Numbered from the stretch's first letter, positions 19,561-30,867 are shown. The stretch is DNA of 64,000 nucleotides from an uncultured Gemmataceae bacterium (GCA_963750165.1 CAVVPN010000010.1:32001-96000), one strand, 5' to 3'. Program-made: numbers and translations. Notes: generated by a model from the sequence alone, not told the origin.

Positions 19561-21062
19561 TTCTACTGTGCAACATGATTCTAGCCGGCAGCTGACGCGG
19601 TGGCTACACTGAACGGCGGTATCTTTGTGGAGGCCGCCATGGACATCCTCGACCACCCCGACGCGCAGGCCCTGCTGAACGACGCCGAACTCTCCGCTGC
19701 TGCCGTCCGCTCCTGCGCGGACCAGTTGACCGCCTTCGCCCAGCGCTACCTGCCCCGGTTCCACCGAGAGGAGCACCGCGGCCACGCCCTGACCGTGCTG
19801 CGCGGCAAGCTCAGCGGCCTGCAGCGCAAGACCACCGAGCCCATCGCCACCTTGGCCGGCCTCAAGCGCCGCCCCTTGCAACTGTTCGTCGGTGGCGGCG
19901 GCTGGGACGACCAGGCCGTCCTGGGCGAGTTGCGCCGCCACATCGCCGAGGAGTTGGCCGACGACGACGCCGTCTTCGTCCTGGACCCCTCGGCCTTCCC
20001 CAAGAAGGGGGCGGCTTCCTGTGGGGTGGCCCGCCAGTGGTGCGGCCGGTTGGGCAAGATCGACAACTGCCAGGTCGGCGTCTTCCTGGCCTACGTCGCC
20101 CCGCGCGGCAAGGCCCTGCTCGACGCCCAGCTCTATCTGGACCAGGACTGGGCCCACGACCCCAGGCGCCGCGCCGCCACGTTTGTGCCCGCGGCGGTCG
20201 CCTTCGCCGAGAAGTGGCGGGTCGGCCTGGAACTGCTGGACCGCGCCGCGCCGACCTGCCCGGGGACTGGGTGGCTGGCGACGACGAGTTCGGCCGCTGC
20301 ACGGAACTGCGGGCGGCCCTGCGGCAGCGGCGGCTCCGGTACGTGCTGGACGTGCCCTGCAACACCCTGGTGCGTGACCTGGCCGAGCGGTCGCCGCCGG
20401 CGCGCCCCGGCGGCCGGCCGCGGTTGCCGGCGTTCGAGCGCGTTGATCGGTGGGCGGCGCGGCAGCCGGCGGGGCGGTGGCGCAAGGTGAAGGTGCGTGA
20501 CGGAGCCAAGGGGCCGCAGTGGGTCAAGGTGCTGTTGGCGGCGGTGCAGACCAAGGACGAGGACGGCTGCGTGGGGCCGCGCGAACGTCTGGCGATCCTC
20601 AAGAGTTGCGAGCCCAAGCCGCAGACGTGGTACACGCTCTCCAACGCGCACCGGGCGCGGCGCGGGCAGGTGGCGCGGGTACATGGGGCGCGGCACGGGG
20701 TCGAGGAACTCTTGGCGGAGGCCAAGGGCGAGGTGGGGTTGGGACACTACGAGGTGCGCAGCTGGGTGGGCTGGCACCACCACATGACGCTGTCGCTGTT
20801 GGCCCTGTGGTTCCTGCAGACCGAGAAGCTGCGGCTGGGGGAAAAACACCAGCGCTGACGGTGCCGCAGGTGCGGCAGATCTTCACGGAACTGCTGCGCG
20901 AGCCGAGCCCCAGCGCGGCCCGGGTCGCGGAGATCGTGAGCCAAGTGCTGCGGCGTAACGAGGAGGCACGCATCTACCACTGGCACAACGCGACCGGGCA
21001 GTTCCCGCCGCGTCGGCCGCGGCCGCGCGGCCGACCGAAAAGAGGAAAGTAGCACAGTAGAA
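19561..21062 (+). mobile_element. IS701-family insertion sequence with a 4-bp GTAG target duplication
   Basis: TIRs TTCTACTGTGCAAC / GTAGCACAGTAGAA (13/14); GTAG at 19557-19560 and 21063-21066. Confidence 0.9.
19639..21052 (+). CDS. IS701-family transposase, frameshifts near 20250 and at GGGGGAAAAA near 20840
   Basis: FPKKG..SCGVARQWCGRLGKIDNCQVGVFL; AKGEVGLGHYEVRSWVGWHHHMTL. Confidence 0.92.
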
Positions 21063-21144
21063 GTAGTACCGCCTTCAGGCGTACTACAAACGAAGACAAA
21101 AAACCTTCCGACTCCACCTTTGAGACTGACGCTGTGCGTTATCG

Positions 21145-21966
21145 CTAACCGCGCAGCCCCGCCTCGCGCATCAGCCGATCCGTCGCCTGGTACGCCTCGC
21201 GCACCCACTCGACAATCTTCTCCGGCTGCGGCGAATACTCCAGCTCGATGCTCACCGCTCCATCGATGCCCAGCGCCTTGATCTCGCGCAGGTACGGCCC
21301 GAACGGCACCACGCCGCGGCCCGGCGGCAGGTCGCCGTGGACCTTGCCGTCGCAGTCGCTCACGTGGACGTGGATCGCCTTACCGCGCAGCCGCCGCAAA
21401 TCCTCCGCCGGCACCTTCGACAGCTGCAAGTGCGACACGTCAATGTTCGCCTGCACCGCCGGGTGGTTCACGTCGTCCAGAAAGCGCACCATGCTGTCCA
21501 CGTCGTTGACCAGTGATAGCTTGAACGGCTCCAGCTCCAGCGCAATTTGCAGCCCCAGGTCCGCCGCGTACTTGCCCAGCTCGCGCAGGTTGCGCACGCC
21601 CGTCTGCCACTGCTCCGCTGGCGGAATCACCTGCTTCTCCCAGATGTACTCGCCCAGCACCAGCAGCACGTTTTTCGCCTGATACTCATAGGCCAGGTCG
21701 AGGTATTGCCGGCAGCGCTGCAGGTGGAAACGCTGCACGCTCGGGTTGAAGTCAATCAGGCCGACCGCGACGCAGGCGATGCTGATGATCGGCAGCCCGA
21801 CGCGATCGCACTCACGCTTGATGAGCAAGCGCTCCTTCACGTCCAGGTCGAGCGGATCGGCGAAGATGTCGATGGTGTCGAAGCCGATCTCCTTGGTCAT
21901 GCGGATGCCGTAAGCGGTGTCGCGGCCCGCCTGCGCCCAGGCGGAGTTAATCAGACCGAGTTTCAT
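21145..21966 (-). CDS. Sugar phosphate isomerase/epimerase (xylose isomerase-like TIM barrel)
   Basis: ALELEP, ANIDVSH, HVHVSD..HGDLPPGRG and SIELEY motifs. Confidence 0.9.
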   Translation of the reverse strand: MKLGLINSAWAQAGRDTAYGIRMTKEIGFDTIDIFADPLDLDVKERLLIKRECDRVGLPIISIACVAVGLIDFNPSVQRFHLQRCRQYLDLAYEYQAKNVLLVLGEYIWEKQVIPPAEQWQTGVRNLRELGKYAADLGLQIALELEPFKLSLVNDVDSMVRFLDDVNHPAVQANIDVSHLQLSKVPAEDLRRLRGKAIHVHVSDCDGKVHGDLPPGRGVVPFGPYLREIKALGIDGAVSIELEYSPQPEKIVEWVREAYQATDRLMREAGLRG

Positions 21967-22007
21967 GGGTTGTATCCTCTCGGGGTTGGTTGGTTATGTT
22001 AGTAATA

Positions 22008-22065
22008 CGTGGGGCAGACATTCCTGTCTGTCAGTCCCTCGGCAGACAGGAATGTCTGCCCCACG
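22008..22065. repeat. REP-like family B inverted pair (GTGGGGCAGACATTCCTGTCTG)
   Basis: Other copies at 26616-26645, 44946-44975 and 59776-59833. Confidence 0.85.
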
Positions 22066-22079
22066 AAAGCGGGGTGACG

Positions 22080-22716
22080 ATGGCGGCCAACGACCTGGTG
22101 CTGGCGATGACGGGCGCGAGCGGTGCCCCCTACGGCGTGCGTCTGCTGGAAGTGCTGTTGCGCCGGCCGCACCGTCCACCTGACCGTCAGCCCCGCGGCG
22201 ACGGAGGTGCTCCAGGAGGAACTGGGCCGCCGCGTCCGCCTCGACCGCTTTGAGCTGCGCGACCTGCTCGGCGACCCGGCCGACCTCGCGGCGCCGGGCC
22301 AGGTCCACTACCACGATCACCGCGACTTCCGCGCCGGCATCGCCAGCGGTTCGTTCCTGACGGCCGGCATGGCGGTCTGCCCGTGCAGCATGGGCACCGT
22401 CGCGGCCATCGCCCACGGCCTGTCGCAGAACCTCATCCACCGCGCCGCCGACGTGCATCTCAAGGAGCGCCGCCGTCTGGTCCTGGTGCCGCGCGAGACG
22501 CCGCTGGGTGTCGTGCAGTTGCGCAACCTCACCGCCTGCGCCGAGGCGGGCGCCGTGGTGCTGCCGGCCATGCCCGCGTTCTACACCCGGCCGCAGTCCC
22601 TCGCAGAGCTGGTCGATTTCGTCGTCGGCCGTGTCTGCGACCATCTCGGTGTCGCGCACCAGCTGTTCCGCCGCTGGGGGGACGGCCCGGTTGAAGGCGG
22701 CAGCGGCGCTCACTAA
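22080..22716 (+). CDS. ubiX: Flavin prenyltransferase UbiX, frameshift near 22160
   Basis: AMTGASGAPYG, IASGSF, PCSMGT, RAADVHLKERR.LVLVPRETP and PAMPAFY motifs. Confidence 0.92.
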
Positions 22717-22761
22717 GATCAACCTTGGTCAGCTTAACCGCTGTAGCAGTGAGGGGTGCGG

Positions 22762-23259
22762 ATGCGGCACGTGTTGTCGGCTTTGGTCCACAATCAACCA
22801 GGGGTGCTGGCGCACGTCTCCGGCATGCTGGCATCGCGCGGCTTCAACATCGACAGCCTGGCGGTCGGCGAAACCGAGGATCCGCAGTTGTCGCGCATGA
22901 CCTTCGTGGTCCACGGCGACGACGCCGAGCTGGAGCAGGTCCGCAAGCAACTCGACAAGATCGTCACCATCGTGCAGGTGCAGGACATCAGCAGCGAGAA
23001 CTACGTCGAGCGCGACCTGATGCTCATCAAGGTCAAGGCGTCGGCGGCGCAGCGCGTGGAGATTTCGCTCCTGGTAGAGATGTTCCGCGGCCGTGTTGTG
23101 GACGTGAGCCTGACCGACCTGATGATCGAGATTTCCGGCCAGGAGAGCAAGATCGAGGCGTTCATCGAGCAGATGCGCCCCTACGCCATTCTGGAGCTGG
23201 CCCGCACCGGCCGCATCGCGTTGGTGCGCGGCACGCCCAGCAAGGGAGACGTGCTATGA
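22762..23259 (+). CDS. ilvN: Acetolactate synthase small regulatory subunit
   Basis: MRHVLSALVHNQPGVL..RGFNIDSLAVGETE..SRMT..EQVRKQLDK; ERDLMLIKV; ELARTGRIAL. Confidence 0.95.
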   Translation: MRHVLSALVHNQPGVLAHVSGMLASRGFNIDSLAVGETEDPQLSRMTFVVHGDDAELEQVRKQLDKIVTIVQVQDISSENYVERDLMLIKVKASAAQRVEISLLVEMFRGRVVDVSLTDLMIEISGQESKIEAFIEQMRPYAILELARTGRIALVRGTPSKGDVL

Positions 23260-23558
23260 CCACTCCGTCGCCGACGACGACCGCCAAACCGCTGCTCCCG
23301 GCCACGCGCGAGGCGCTGGCGCGACTGCAACCGGGCCAGCGCCTCCGCATCACGCAGCGCGTCAAGGTCGGGCAGAAGGTCTGGACGACGACGGTGACGG
23401 GCGTGTTTCGCCACAGCGGCAGCCTGGTCACCGGCCTGGCCACGCAGCGTCTGCCGGTGGACGAGATCATCGTGCCGACCGTTCACTTCACCAAGGACAA
23501 CGGCGAACTGGCCAGCGTCACCCTCGACGAGAACACGCAAATCGAGATCGTGTCGTGA
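23256..23558 (+). CDS. Conserved hypothetical protein
   Basis: ATGA overlap with ilvN; LQPGQRLRITQRV...DNGELASVTLDENT. Confidence 0.75.
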   Translation: MTTPSPTTTAKPLLPATREALARLQPGQRLRITQRVKVGQKVWTTTVTGVFRHSGSLVTGLATQRLPVDEIIVPTVHFTKDNGELASVTLDENTQIEIVS

Positions 23559-23577
23559 GCGCCGGTGGAGGGAGGCC

Positions 23578-26500
23578 ATGCGGGTCGAGTGTGCCGACTG
23601 CGGCCGTACCCTGGAGTTCTCAGGCGTGCGGCCCTCGTTCTGCGGCTACTGCGGCAAACCGCTGCCCCCCTCCGGCGGCGACGCGACCACGCCGTTCGAG
23701 TACACCCCCACCGGCACGCGCACCGGCGACGCCCCCGCCCCGGATTACAGCGACCTGCCGCCGGAGGTGCGCGGCTACCGTCTGCTCGGTCTGCTCGGCG
23801 AGGGGGGCATGGGTTCCGTCTACCAGGCCGAACAGCTCGCCTCCGGCCGCCGCGTGGCGCTGAAGCTCATCGCGCCGCAGTACGCCGCCTCCGCCACCGC
23901 CGTGGAGCGCTTCCGCCAGGAGGGCCGCCTGGCCAGCCTGATCGCGCACCCGCGCTGCGTCTTCGTGCTCGCCGCCGATGAGGACGCCGGCCGGCCGTAC
24001 ATCGTCATGGAACTGATGCCCGGCGAAACACTGCAGGAACTCGTCGAGCGCCACGGGCCGCTGCCGCAGGCCGAGGCAATTGCCAGGATCCTCGACGTGA
24101 TCGACGGCTTGCAGGAGGCGCACCGCCTTGGCGTTATCCACCGCGACGTGAAGCCGTCCAACTGCTTCGTGCTGAACGATGGCCGCGTCAAGGTCGGCGA
24201 CTTCGGCCTGGCCAAGTCGCTCGTACAGGCCAGCAGCCTGACGCGCACCGGCACCTTCCTGGGCACGCTGCTTTACGCCCCGCCCGAGCAGATCAAGGGC
24301 GAGGCCATCGACGTGCGCGCCGATGTGTATTCCGTGTGCGCCACGCTGTATTTCCTGCTGACCGGCCGCGCCCCGTACCAGGGCAAGGACGCCGCCGCGA
24401 CGCTGGCGCGCACCGTCTCCGAGCCGCCGCCGCCGTTGCGCTCGCTGCGCCGCGACGTGTCGCCGGCGCTGGAGAAGGTGGTGCTGCGCGGCCTGGGCCG
24501 GCAGCGCGAGGAGCGCTGGCGCGACCTGGAAGAGTTGCGGCAGGCGCTGCTGCGCTTCGCCCCGGGTGAGTTGCAGCCAGCGGGCTTCGCGGTGCGCCTC
24601 GGCGCCTTCGTGCTGGACTTCCCGTGGTTTTTCCTGCTGGGGGCGTTGCTGAATTTCGCGACCGCGCAGTGGTGGGGCCAGACGGCGCCGCGGTACATCT
24701 TGCCGGTGCTGGCCATGCGGCTGGCGCAGTTCGTGCCGTGGTGGTTCCTGGACGGCTGGCTCGGCTGGTCGCCGGGCAAGTGGCTGCTGCACCTGCGCGT
24801 CTGCACGCCGGCGGGCGGCGATCCACCGGGCCTGGGTCGAGCGGCCCTGCGCACCCTGGCCTTCTACACCTTCCTGTGTCTGCCCGGCGACCTGCTCGGC
24901 CTGGCCCTGGCGCCGTTTCCGGAGACGCTCGGGCTGGCGTTCGGCATATTGATCTGCCAGGTGCTGAGCTGCGTGGCCCTGGTGGTGACGATGCGGGCAC
25001 GCAACGGCTACCGCGGGCTGCACGAGTGGCTGAGCGGCACGCGCGTCGTCCGGCTGCCGCGCGCGAGTGGCGGCGGCCGCTGAAACCGCGGCGGCCCAAC
25101 GTGGACGGGGTGCCGGTCGCGGCGGACATCGGCTTACCAGAGCGGCTGGGGCCGTTCGTGGTGCGCGGCTGGCTGGGCGTGCAGGACGCGGCGGACCTGC
25201 TGCTCGGCGAAGACCCGTCGCTGGGGCGATCCGTCTGGCTGCGCGTGACGGGGCCGGACGGTGAACGGTTGTCGGAAGCGCGGCGGCTGGTGAACCGAGC
25301 GTCGCGACTGCCGTGGCTGACCTGTGGGACGCACCTGGGCCAATCGTGGGACGCCTTCCTGGCGCCGGGGGGTCGGCCGCTGGCGGAACTGGTGGACCGC
25401 CGGGTGCCGCTGACCTGGGGCGAGGCGCGGCCCCTGCTGGCGCAGCTGTGCGAGGAACTGGCCGCGGCCCGCGCCGACGGCTCGCTGCCGCGAACGCTGG
25501 ACGTGGCCCAGGTGTGGGTGCAGCCGAACGGCCGCCTGCAACTGCTGGACGCCCCGCTGTCCGGCGCGGCGCCGCCCCCGCCGAGGAACTGCCGGACGAG
25601 GAAGACCTGTTGCGACTGGTGCGGGCGACGGCGGTGCTGGCGCTGGAGGGCGAGCCGCCGCGGCTGGGGCCGCGCCAGCACGTCCGCGCCCCGGTGCCGG
25701 CGCCGGCGGCCCAGGTGCTCGACCGGCTGGTCGGCGGTCCCCGAGCGTTCGCCAGTGTCGCCGAGGTGCAGCGCGAACTGGAGGCGCTGCAGGGGCAGCC
25801 CACTCAGGTCAGCCGGGCGCAGCGCGTCGCCCACCTGGGACTGCTGGGCGCGGTGCTGGCTGCGCCGTTGATGATGCTGTTCTGCCTGCGCTATTTCCTG
25901 CTCGCGATCAGCATGGCCCATGCCCAGCAGGGCATCGCCGCCATCGACCGTGCCGAGGCAGTTCTGGTTCATGGCGAAGGCACAGCGGCGGATCGGGCCG
26001 TTGTGGAGGAGTGCGACCGCGAGCACCTGACCGCTCCGGACGGCACCTACTGGTTTCACGCGCTGACGGAGCGGCGCCGCCAGCTGCGCGAGGAGTTGAA
26101 GGGCTGGGAGGATTTCGCCGGCCCCGACCCGGTGGCCGTCGCCCTGGCCCGCTATCGCTTCCCGGAGGAACAATTGGCCGGGCCGTTTAACGTACCGCGC
26201 ATCCGTCAACTGATGGCGGAAACCCCGGAACGGCGGCGAGAGTTCCGCGGCGTGATGGCGTTGAGCCTGTGCGTGACACCCGTGGTGTTCGTCGCCGGCT
26301 GCGTGCTCTGGGCGTTGATCTTCCGCGGCGGGCTGACGCTACGGCTGATGGGCATCAGCCTGCGGCGGCGCGATGGCCGGCCGGCGGCGCGCTGGCAGTG
26401 CGCCTGGCGGACGCTGCTGTTCTGGCTGCCGATCATGACGGCGCTGTGCCTGTCGCTGCTGGCCCTGACGCCCGGCCCGGAGTTCGCGGGCGTGGCGCTG

Positions 26501-26614
26501 ATGTTGTGGGTGGTGGCCGCGGGCACCCTGGCCGGCTACGTGCCGCTGGCGCTGACGCGGCCGACGTGGTCGCTGCACGACCGCCTGGCCGGGACGTATT
26601 TGATGCCGAGCTAA
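23578..26614 (+). CDS. Ser/Thr protein kinase with RDD, degenerate kinase-like and second RDD domains; frameshifts near 25075 and 25580
   Basis: LGEGGMGSVY, VALK, HRDVKPSN, DFGLAK, YAPPEQ; RDD motifs RLGAFVLD, SPGK, GLHEWLSGTRVV and SLHDRLAGTYL. Confidence 0.85.
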
Positions 26615-26615
26615 A

Positions 26616-26645
26616 CGTGGGGCAGACATTCCTGTCTGCCCCACG
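26616..26645. repeat. REP-like family B, collapsed copy
   Basis: CGTGGGGCAGACATTCCTGTCTGCCCCACG between convergent genes. Confidence 0.8.
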
Positions 26646-26653
26646 GAAGAGGG

Positions 26654-27613
26654 TCACTTGCGTCGCCACAGATGCGCCTCGGGCACGCCCAGCCGCGCCG
26701 CCGCCGCACGGATATCCGCGAAGAAGCGCGTCGCGTCGGTCGGATAGCCGGCGGTCGGCTTCAGCCCCGGGACGTGCCGCTGCCAGAATTCGTTGAACTG
26801 CGCCATCAGCACTTCGCGGACGTACTTGCTCAGCATCGACGCCAGCGCCACGCACAGGTGGTCCGCCTCCGCTCGCGGCTGGATCGTGAGCTGCACCGGC
26901 CGCTTCGCCCCCTGCAGCCGATAGACGCTGCGCAGCGCCCCTTCCTCGTTCGCCATCACGACACCATCCTCGAACGCCGGCTGCAACTGCGGAGCGTAAT
27001 TATTGCGGCCGCCGTGCTTGTCCACGAAGAAATACAGGGCGTCCTCCGGCAGCGCCTGCTGGGCGGCGCGCACCAGTTCCGCCAGGGCAATCGCCAGCAC
27101 GGTCCCCTTGCTGTCGTAGCGGTCGAGCAGTTCGTTGAAGCGCTTCGCGCAGACGATGACGCTGCGCACGAAGCCGACCTGCACCTGCCGCTCACAGCAG
27201 GTTCCGTGGAAGTGCTCGGCGGCCGTGCGCCAGTCCTCGGCCGCGGCCTGCAGCGGCAGCCCGGTGCCGCCGGCGTACCACAACTCTGCGGCGAGTTCAT
27301 CAAGGTACTTCAGACAGTAGCGGTCGAGAAAATCCGCGACGCTGAGCGGCCTGGCGTCGGGGCACAGGGCGGGCCAGACCGCGGCCTCCAGGTTGCGCAG
27401 CGGTTTGGCGCCGGCGTGGACGAGTTTCGAGTCATCGATGAGCAGGCGGTCGCGGCCGTGGCGTTCGCCGTGGCGGCGCACCGCCGGCTGCAACGCTTCC
27501 CAGAGGTTCGCGGCCGTCAGCGGCTCCGGCACGCGGAAGGCGACGGCCGACATGACGAAGGGGCCGAGGTTGGGGCCGTAGCCCGCCTCATCAACGCCGA
27601 TGATCCAGGGCAT
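26654..27613 (-). CDS. Ribonuclease HII-like protein
   Basis: IGVDEAGYGPNLGP, DDSK, VALASMLSKYVRE and GYPTDA motifs. Confidence 0.8.
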   Translation of the reverse strand: MPWIIGVDEAGYGPNLGPFVMSAVAFRVPEPLTAANLWEALQPAVRRHGERHGRDRLLIDDSKLVHAGAKPLRNLEAAVWPALCPDARPLSVADFLDRYCLKYLDELAAELWYAGGTGLPLQAAAEDWRTAAEHFHGTCCERQVQVGFVRSVIVCAKRFNELLDRYDSKGTVLAIALAELVRAAQQALPEDALYFFVDKHGGRNNYAPQLQPAFEDGVVMANEEGALRSVYRLQGAKRPVQLTIQPRAEADHLCVALASMLSKYVREVLMAQFNEFWQRHVPGLKPTAGYPTDATRFFADIRAAAARLGVPEAHLWRRK

Positions 27614-27701
27614 GAAAAGCTGCCTCCGTGCGCTCGGTTGAACGGGGGAGCGACCTTTGCTATTGTAGCCGCACCGCCAACCCCAAAGGAGGAGCAGCCC
27701 C

Positions 27702-28046
27702 ATGATGACTGACAACATTTTCCTGAAGATCATCGAGAAGAAAATCCCGGCGACCATCCTTCACGAGGACGAGCACTGCGTGGCCTTCCGCGACGTGAAT
27801 CCGCAGGCCCCCGTTCATGTGCTCATCGTCCCGCGAAAGGTCATCGCCACCCACGACGATCTGACGCCGGCGGACGCCCAGCTCGTGGGCCACCTGCACC
27901 TGGTCGCGGTACAACTGGCCAAACAGCTCGACCTCGGCAAGGGCTATCGCCTGGTGCTCAACTGCCGCGAGCAGGCCGGTCAGACGGTGCCGCACCTGCA
28001 CCTGCACTTGCTGGGCGGCCGGCCGATGGGATGGCCGCCGGGCTGA
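27702..28046 (+). CDS. HIT family nucleotide-binding protein
   Basis: NIFLKII, AFRDVNPQAPVH, GQTVPHLHLHLLGGR. Confidence 0.95.
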   Translation: MMTDNIFLKIIEKKIPATILHEDEHCVAFRDVNPQAPVHVLIVPRKVIATHDDLTPADAQLVGHLHLVAVQLAKQLDLGKGYRLVLNCREQAGQTVPHLHLHLLGGRPMGWPPG

Positions 28047-28050
28047 GGGT

Positions 28051-28118
28051 GGCGAGCGGCGCGGCGTCAGCCCGCTGGTGTTGAGAACTACCGGCGGGCT
28101 GACGCCGCGCCGCTCGCC
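28051..28118. repeat. Palindromic intergenic element (family E)
   Basis: GGCGAGCGGCGCGGCGTCAGCCCGC...GCGGGCTGACGCCGCGCCGCTCGCC. Confidence 0.8.
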
Positions 28119-28151
28119 GCGTCCAACGCTTTTCGAGGATTTCTCCAGGGC

Positions 28152-28892
28152 ATGCTCGACCTCATCCCCGTACTGGACGTGCAGGGCGGCGTGGTGGTGC
28201 GCGGCATCGCTGGCCGCCGCGCCGAGTACCGGCCCGTCGTCAGCCGCCTGACGGCCAGCGCCGAGCCGCTGGCGGTCGCGGCGGCGTTTCGCGCACACTT
28301 CGGCCTGTCGCGCTGCTACCTGGCGGACCTGGACGCCATCGCGGGCGATCCGCCGGCGCTGGGGCTGTATGCCGCCCTGCACGCGGCCGGCTGCACGCTC
28401 TGGGTGGACGCGGGCGTGCGCACGGCCCGGGGCGCGGCGCCGCTGGTGGCCGCCGGCGTGGACACGGTCATCGCCGGGCTGGAGACGCTGGCCGGGCCAG
28501 AGGTGCTGGCGGAGTTGTGCGGCACGCTCGGCCCGGAGCGCGTGCTGTTCTCACTGGACCTCAAGTCCGGTCAACCGCTGGCCGCCGCGACCACCTGGCC
28601 GGAGCGCGACCCGGCGGCACTGGCGGCGCGGGCGGTCGGCCTGGGTGTGCGGCGCGTGCTGGTGCTGGACCTGGCCAGCGTTGGCGTCGGCGGCGGCACC
28701 GGCACGGAGGCGCTGTGCCGGCAACTGGCGGCGGACCATCCCGAAGTGACGGTGGTTGCCGGTGGCGGCGTGCGCGACGTGGTGGATCTGCGGCGGCTGG
28801 CGGCGGTGGGGGTGCGCGGCGTGCTGCTGGCGTCGGCGCTGCACGACGGCCGCATCACGGCGGAGCAACTGGCGAAGTTCACGAAACAATGA
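28152..28892 (+). CDS. HisA/HisF-related TIM barrel protein (Orf9-like, associated with C1-cofactor biosynthesis)
   Basis: IPVLDVQGGVVVRG..G.RAEYRP, YLADLDAI, LWVDAG, LDLASVG..G, GGGVR and ASALHDG motifs. Confidence 0.85.
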   Translation: MLDLIPVLDVQGGVVVRGIAGRRAEYRPVVSRLTASAEPLAVAAAFRAHFGLSRCYLADLDAIAGDPPALGLYAALHAAGCTLWVDAGVRTARGAAPLVAAGVDTVIAGLETLAGPEVLAELCGTLGPERVLFSLDLKSGQPLAAATTWPERDPAALAARAVGLGVRRVLVLDLASVGVGGGTGTEALCRQLAADHPEVTVVAGGGVRDVVDLRRLAAVGVRGVLLASALHDGRITAEQLAKFTKQ

Positions 28893-28937
28893 CGGGGCGG
28901 CGCGCCAACCGGACGCGCCGCCCCGCTTTCAAGTCGC

Positions 28938-29618
28938 TCAGCCATTCGCGGCCTGGATCAATTCATTCACCTTGGACTGCATCTTCACCATCCACACCAG
29001 CATCATGATGTAACCGATTGGCATGGTGCAGCAGATCACGCTCAGAACCATGGGCGTCAAGGGGTCGGAAAGATCGGGTTCCAGGCCGTACCGCTCGCAC
29101 TGCTCGTTGATCCGCGTCGCCAGCCGCCGGTACACGAGCCAGATGCCGTAGAACATATTCAGACCTGGCACAAGCAACAGGATGAGCGTCTTGCTAAAGT
29201 TGGGGTCGTCCTCGCGTTCCACGGGCAGTTTATCGTGGATCGTGGCGATGTGGATGAGGGGGTAGATGCCGAAGGTAACCATCCCAAGCAGGATGAGCAT
29301 GCCGGGGCTCACTTCCTTGAGATCGCGAATGTCTCCGCCGCCGCCACCACCACCGCCGCGCTTCTTCTTGCGCGGACGGTCGTCCTCGTCCTCATCCCGG
29401 CGACGGCGGCCGACGGGCTGTTCTTCCTCAATCTCCTCCTCGTCGCGCGGCCGGCGCGGCGGCGCCTTGGGTGCGGCGGCCGGCGCCGGCGGCGAACCGG
29501 CCTTGAGTCCCGGCACCTTGAGCACCGTCTGACAGCCGGGACACTTGACGCTCTTGCCTGCCCACTCGTCCTTGGCTTGCAAGGTTTTGCCACAAGAACA
29601 GGTCACCATGATGGCCAT
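28938..29618 (-). CDS. Zinc-ribbon, charged linker and DUF4234-like membrane domain protein
   Basis: CSCG...KCPGC; Arg/Asp/Glu-rich linker; LLGMVTFGIY...MQSKVN. Confidence 0.75.
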   Translation of the reverse strand: MAIMVTCSCGKTLQAKDEWAGKSVKCPGCQTVLKVPGLKAGSPPAPAAAPKAPPRRPRDEEEIEEEQPVGRRRRDEDEDDRPRKKKRGGGGGGGGDIRDLKEVSPGMLILLGMVTFGIYPLIHIATIHDKLPVEREDDPNFSKTLILLLVPGLNMFYGIWLVYRRLATRINEQCERYGLEPDLSDPLTPMVLSVICCTMPIGYIMMLVWMVKMQSKVNELIQAANG

Positions 29619-29956
29619 GCAGGGATCTCCAGCAACGATTTCACGCGGGCTGTGCGGTGACAGCCATGAGAACAAAGTCGATGACGCCAGGCAAGCAGCT
29701 TTTTCGAGGACGACCCCGGCCGCCCCACCGGGATGGGCCGGTTCAGGGCGGCCTGGGGACGAGGCCCTTGTCCTCTCCTCCCATAGACACCGTGCCCCGG
29801 AGGCGGGCGCGGGCAGGGCAAAAAAATCGCTTGGGGTGCCACGAGAACCGGGGGGAGTACGGTCGAAGGGCACGGGCATCAAGGGAGGTTAGAAAAGAGG
29901 ATACAACCTCGGCCGCCGATCCGCAAGCCCCCCGCTTCTTTGCTGCCGCTTGCGGC

Positions 29957-30867
29957 TTAGCGCACGATCTTCGTCTTGGCCAGCGCCTTGCGTAGCTGTT
30001 GCATGCCAGCGTCGTTGATCTTCGTGCCCACCAGATGGAGCGACTCCAGCTGCGTCAGCGTCTGCAAGTGCCGCACCGCTGCGTCGCCGACCGGCGTGCC
30101 TTCCAGGTCCAGGCGCTTCAGCCCCTTCAGCGCCTTCAACGCGGCCAGGCCCGCGTCACTGACCTTCGTGTCAAACAGGTGCAACTCCTGCAGGGCAGCA
30201 AAATGCTTCAACTCCTTGAGACCCTCGTCGCCAACCGCCGGGCCGCTCAGGCGAAGCGTTTGCAGGTGCTTCAGTCCCTTCAACTGGGCCAGTCCCGCGT
30301 TGGTGACCGACGTGCTCGTCAGGTCGAGCGCGCGAAGGTTGACCAGCGGCTGGAGCGCCTTGAGCCCCGCGTCGGTGACGGCGGTGTAGCTCAGGTCCAG
30401 CGCCTGAAGCCGCGTCAACGTTTCCAGGTTCGCCAGGCTGGCGTCGTTGATTTTGGGGCCGCCCCCACCGCCGCCGAACTTGCCGCCGAACTTGCCGCCG
30501 CCCTTGCCGCCGCCCTTGCCACCCTTACCGCCCCCGCCTTCGCCGAGCCGGGCGTCGCGCAGGTCGAGTTGCTCCAGCTGCGTCAGCTCGCCGAGCCGCT
30601 TCAGAGCGGCGCCGTTGATGGTGGCACTGGTCAGGTCCAGGTGGCGCAGCGTCTGGAGCGGCTTCAGTTCCTCCAGGGCCTTGTCGGAAAACACGCCGAC
30701 GAAGAAGCTGACCTGAAAGACCCCCGTTTTGTCCGCGAGCGCCCGGCCGCCGACCTTCTTGAGGTCCGCGACGATCCGTTCCTGCTCCTGCTTGTCCGGC
30801 TGCGCCGCGCCGCCCCCGGCACGGCCAGCCCGACCGCCATCGCCGCCACCACCCAGTACCTGACCAT
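29957..30867 (-). CDS. Secreted leucine-rich repeat protein, frameshift near 30805
   Basis: 24-aa LRRs (VTDAGLKAL type); Gly/Lys-rich insert; signal peptide in the adjacent frame. Confidence 0.88.

Noticed and set aside
22762..23259. ilvN without an adjacent large subunit as a novel function
   Set aside because: The sequence is canonical and split operons are common in planctomycetes
30460..30545. Gly/Lys repeat insert in the LRR protein as a mobile repeat
   Set aside because: Low-complexity coding linker with no TIR or target duplication
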